DNA of 64,000 bases from Blastocladiella emersonii ATCC 22665. Taxonomy: Eukaryota; Fungi; Blastocladiomycota. The stretch spans positions 2,046,001 through 2,110,000 of the forward strand of contig JANHCV010000005.1 in assembly GCA_025594325.1 (NCBI GenBank), written 5' to 3'. Every line of letters starts with the position of its first letter. The first letter of the stretch is position 1. Shown here in pieces: positions 63,328 to 64,000 of this stretch. A program made the translations under genes and the position numbers. Below the pieces are notes generated by a model. The model was not told the DNA's origin. It made no database searches and saw only the letters and a program-made list of their open reading frames with translations.

Positions 63328-64000
63328 CCGCGCCGCCGCCTCTGTTGCCGCCGCGGCCGCCGCTAAACGACCAATCGAATCTTCTACTACACCACCAACA
63401 CCACCACCACCACCCGCTACGCTTTCTCCTGTCCATGGCGAGGACCTCAGCACTCCCGGCTACGCCATGGTCGGCGAGTCCGTTGCTGGCGCGACGCGGT
63501 CCCTTGCCTCGTTCGGCCGTCGCCTCCTCGCCTCCATCTGGCGCGACCCCGCCGCTCTGTCTCGCCTCGCCGGCTGCGTTGTACGCGCCCGCGACGTCGC
63601 CTTCGCCTCCCGCTCACTCCAACTCGACCGCGACCTCGCTCGACCCGTCCTCGCGGCCATCACGTCCGTCGCCTCCCGATCCCTCTGGCGCGGCGCCTGG
63701 CTCTCTCACTCCGCTGGCTGCGCCGAGGCCGACCCACTCGATTCTTCTGAAGCTCCGCCGCGCGAGCCGCGTGAGCGGGCCCGCCGCCCATTTGGCCAGC
63801 CCATTGCCACACTCAAGTTCATCAACCGCCACCACTACTGCTCTCGCTGTCTGAGCTCGCTCCATTCCCACGTCCCCAACCCGTCTGGGCGTGAAGAAGA
63901 CCCGCCAGTGTGCCCGCCGTCCACCGCGGCCCAAGCGGCTCTTGTTGCAGATCCCTCCGTCCGACTTTGGCTGCTCGGTTCCCCAAGGCACATTCGGTGA
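63328..64000 (+). mobile_element. LINE copy B in unit 12 (cut by window edge)
   Basis: Left TSD and ORF are present up to the stop codon at the window end. Confidence 0.88.

Larger units (their letters stand above)
15365..64000. repeat. Tandem macrosatellite, ~4.15-kb composite unit, at least 11.7 copies, continues beyond the right edge
   Basis: A fixed anchor recurs at 16248, 20399, 24527, 28799, 32950, 37101, 41252, 45363, 49474, 53625, 57776 and 61927 (periods 4151, 4128, 4272, 4151, 4151, 4151, 4111, 4111, 4151, 4151, 4151). Length differences come from octamer copy number and 1-bp poly(A) variation. Only a handful of SNPs were seen. Confidence 0.98.

Noticed and set aside
15365-64000. 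Tandem Helitron or whole-unit retroelement origin of the 4.15-kb unit
   Set aside because: No convincing hairpin at the expected distance from a CTRR end and no Rep/helicase remnant. The only poly(A) belongs to the TSD-bounded LINE insert, so it does not mark the unit end.
12640-64000. Canonical telomeric repeats (TTAGGG)n
   Set aside because: No tandem TTAGGG/CCCTAA run was seen in the window.

Overview
Eukaryotic DNA with short GT-AG introns, most likely from an early-diverging fungus (inferred from gene content). The window has two sharply separated parts. (1) Bases 1-12,640 are gene-dense and hold three spliced genes: the 5' part of an HRD1/synoviolin ERAD E3 ligase (-), a complete glycogen debranching enzyme GDB1/AGL (-), and a divergently transcribed intersectin-like protein with EH-EH-coiled coil-SH3-SH3-RhoGEF-PH-C2 domains (+). 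(2) From about 12,790 to the window end the sequence is all repeat. It starts with a degenerate, 5'-truncated non-LTR retrotransposon (copy A, ~12,790-14,805), then a short diverged relative of the repeat unit, then at least 11.7 near-identical head-to-tail copies of a ~4.15-kb composite macrosatellite that runs off the right edge. Each unit contains an 8-monomer array of a diverged but length-conserved 138-bp satellite, a variable (CCTGCCAG/A)n octamer, a palindrome-rich spacer, an invariant 8/9-mer (CCAAG[G]TGA) repeat, a G/T-rich tract, and a 1.25-kb 5'-truncated LINE (copy B) with a 16-17-bp target-site duplication, AATAAA and a poly(A) tail. Main hypothesis (inference): this is a specialised repeat domain (centromere, subtelomere or an unrecognised RNA-gene/spacer array) with a LINE family that preferentially inserts into it, since two independent insertions sit a few hundred bp apart in homologous host sequence. 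I found no rRNA, tRNA, snRNA, CRISPR or canonical telomere repeat. Unit comparisons were done by eye and are not exhaustive.
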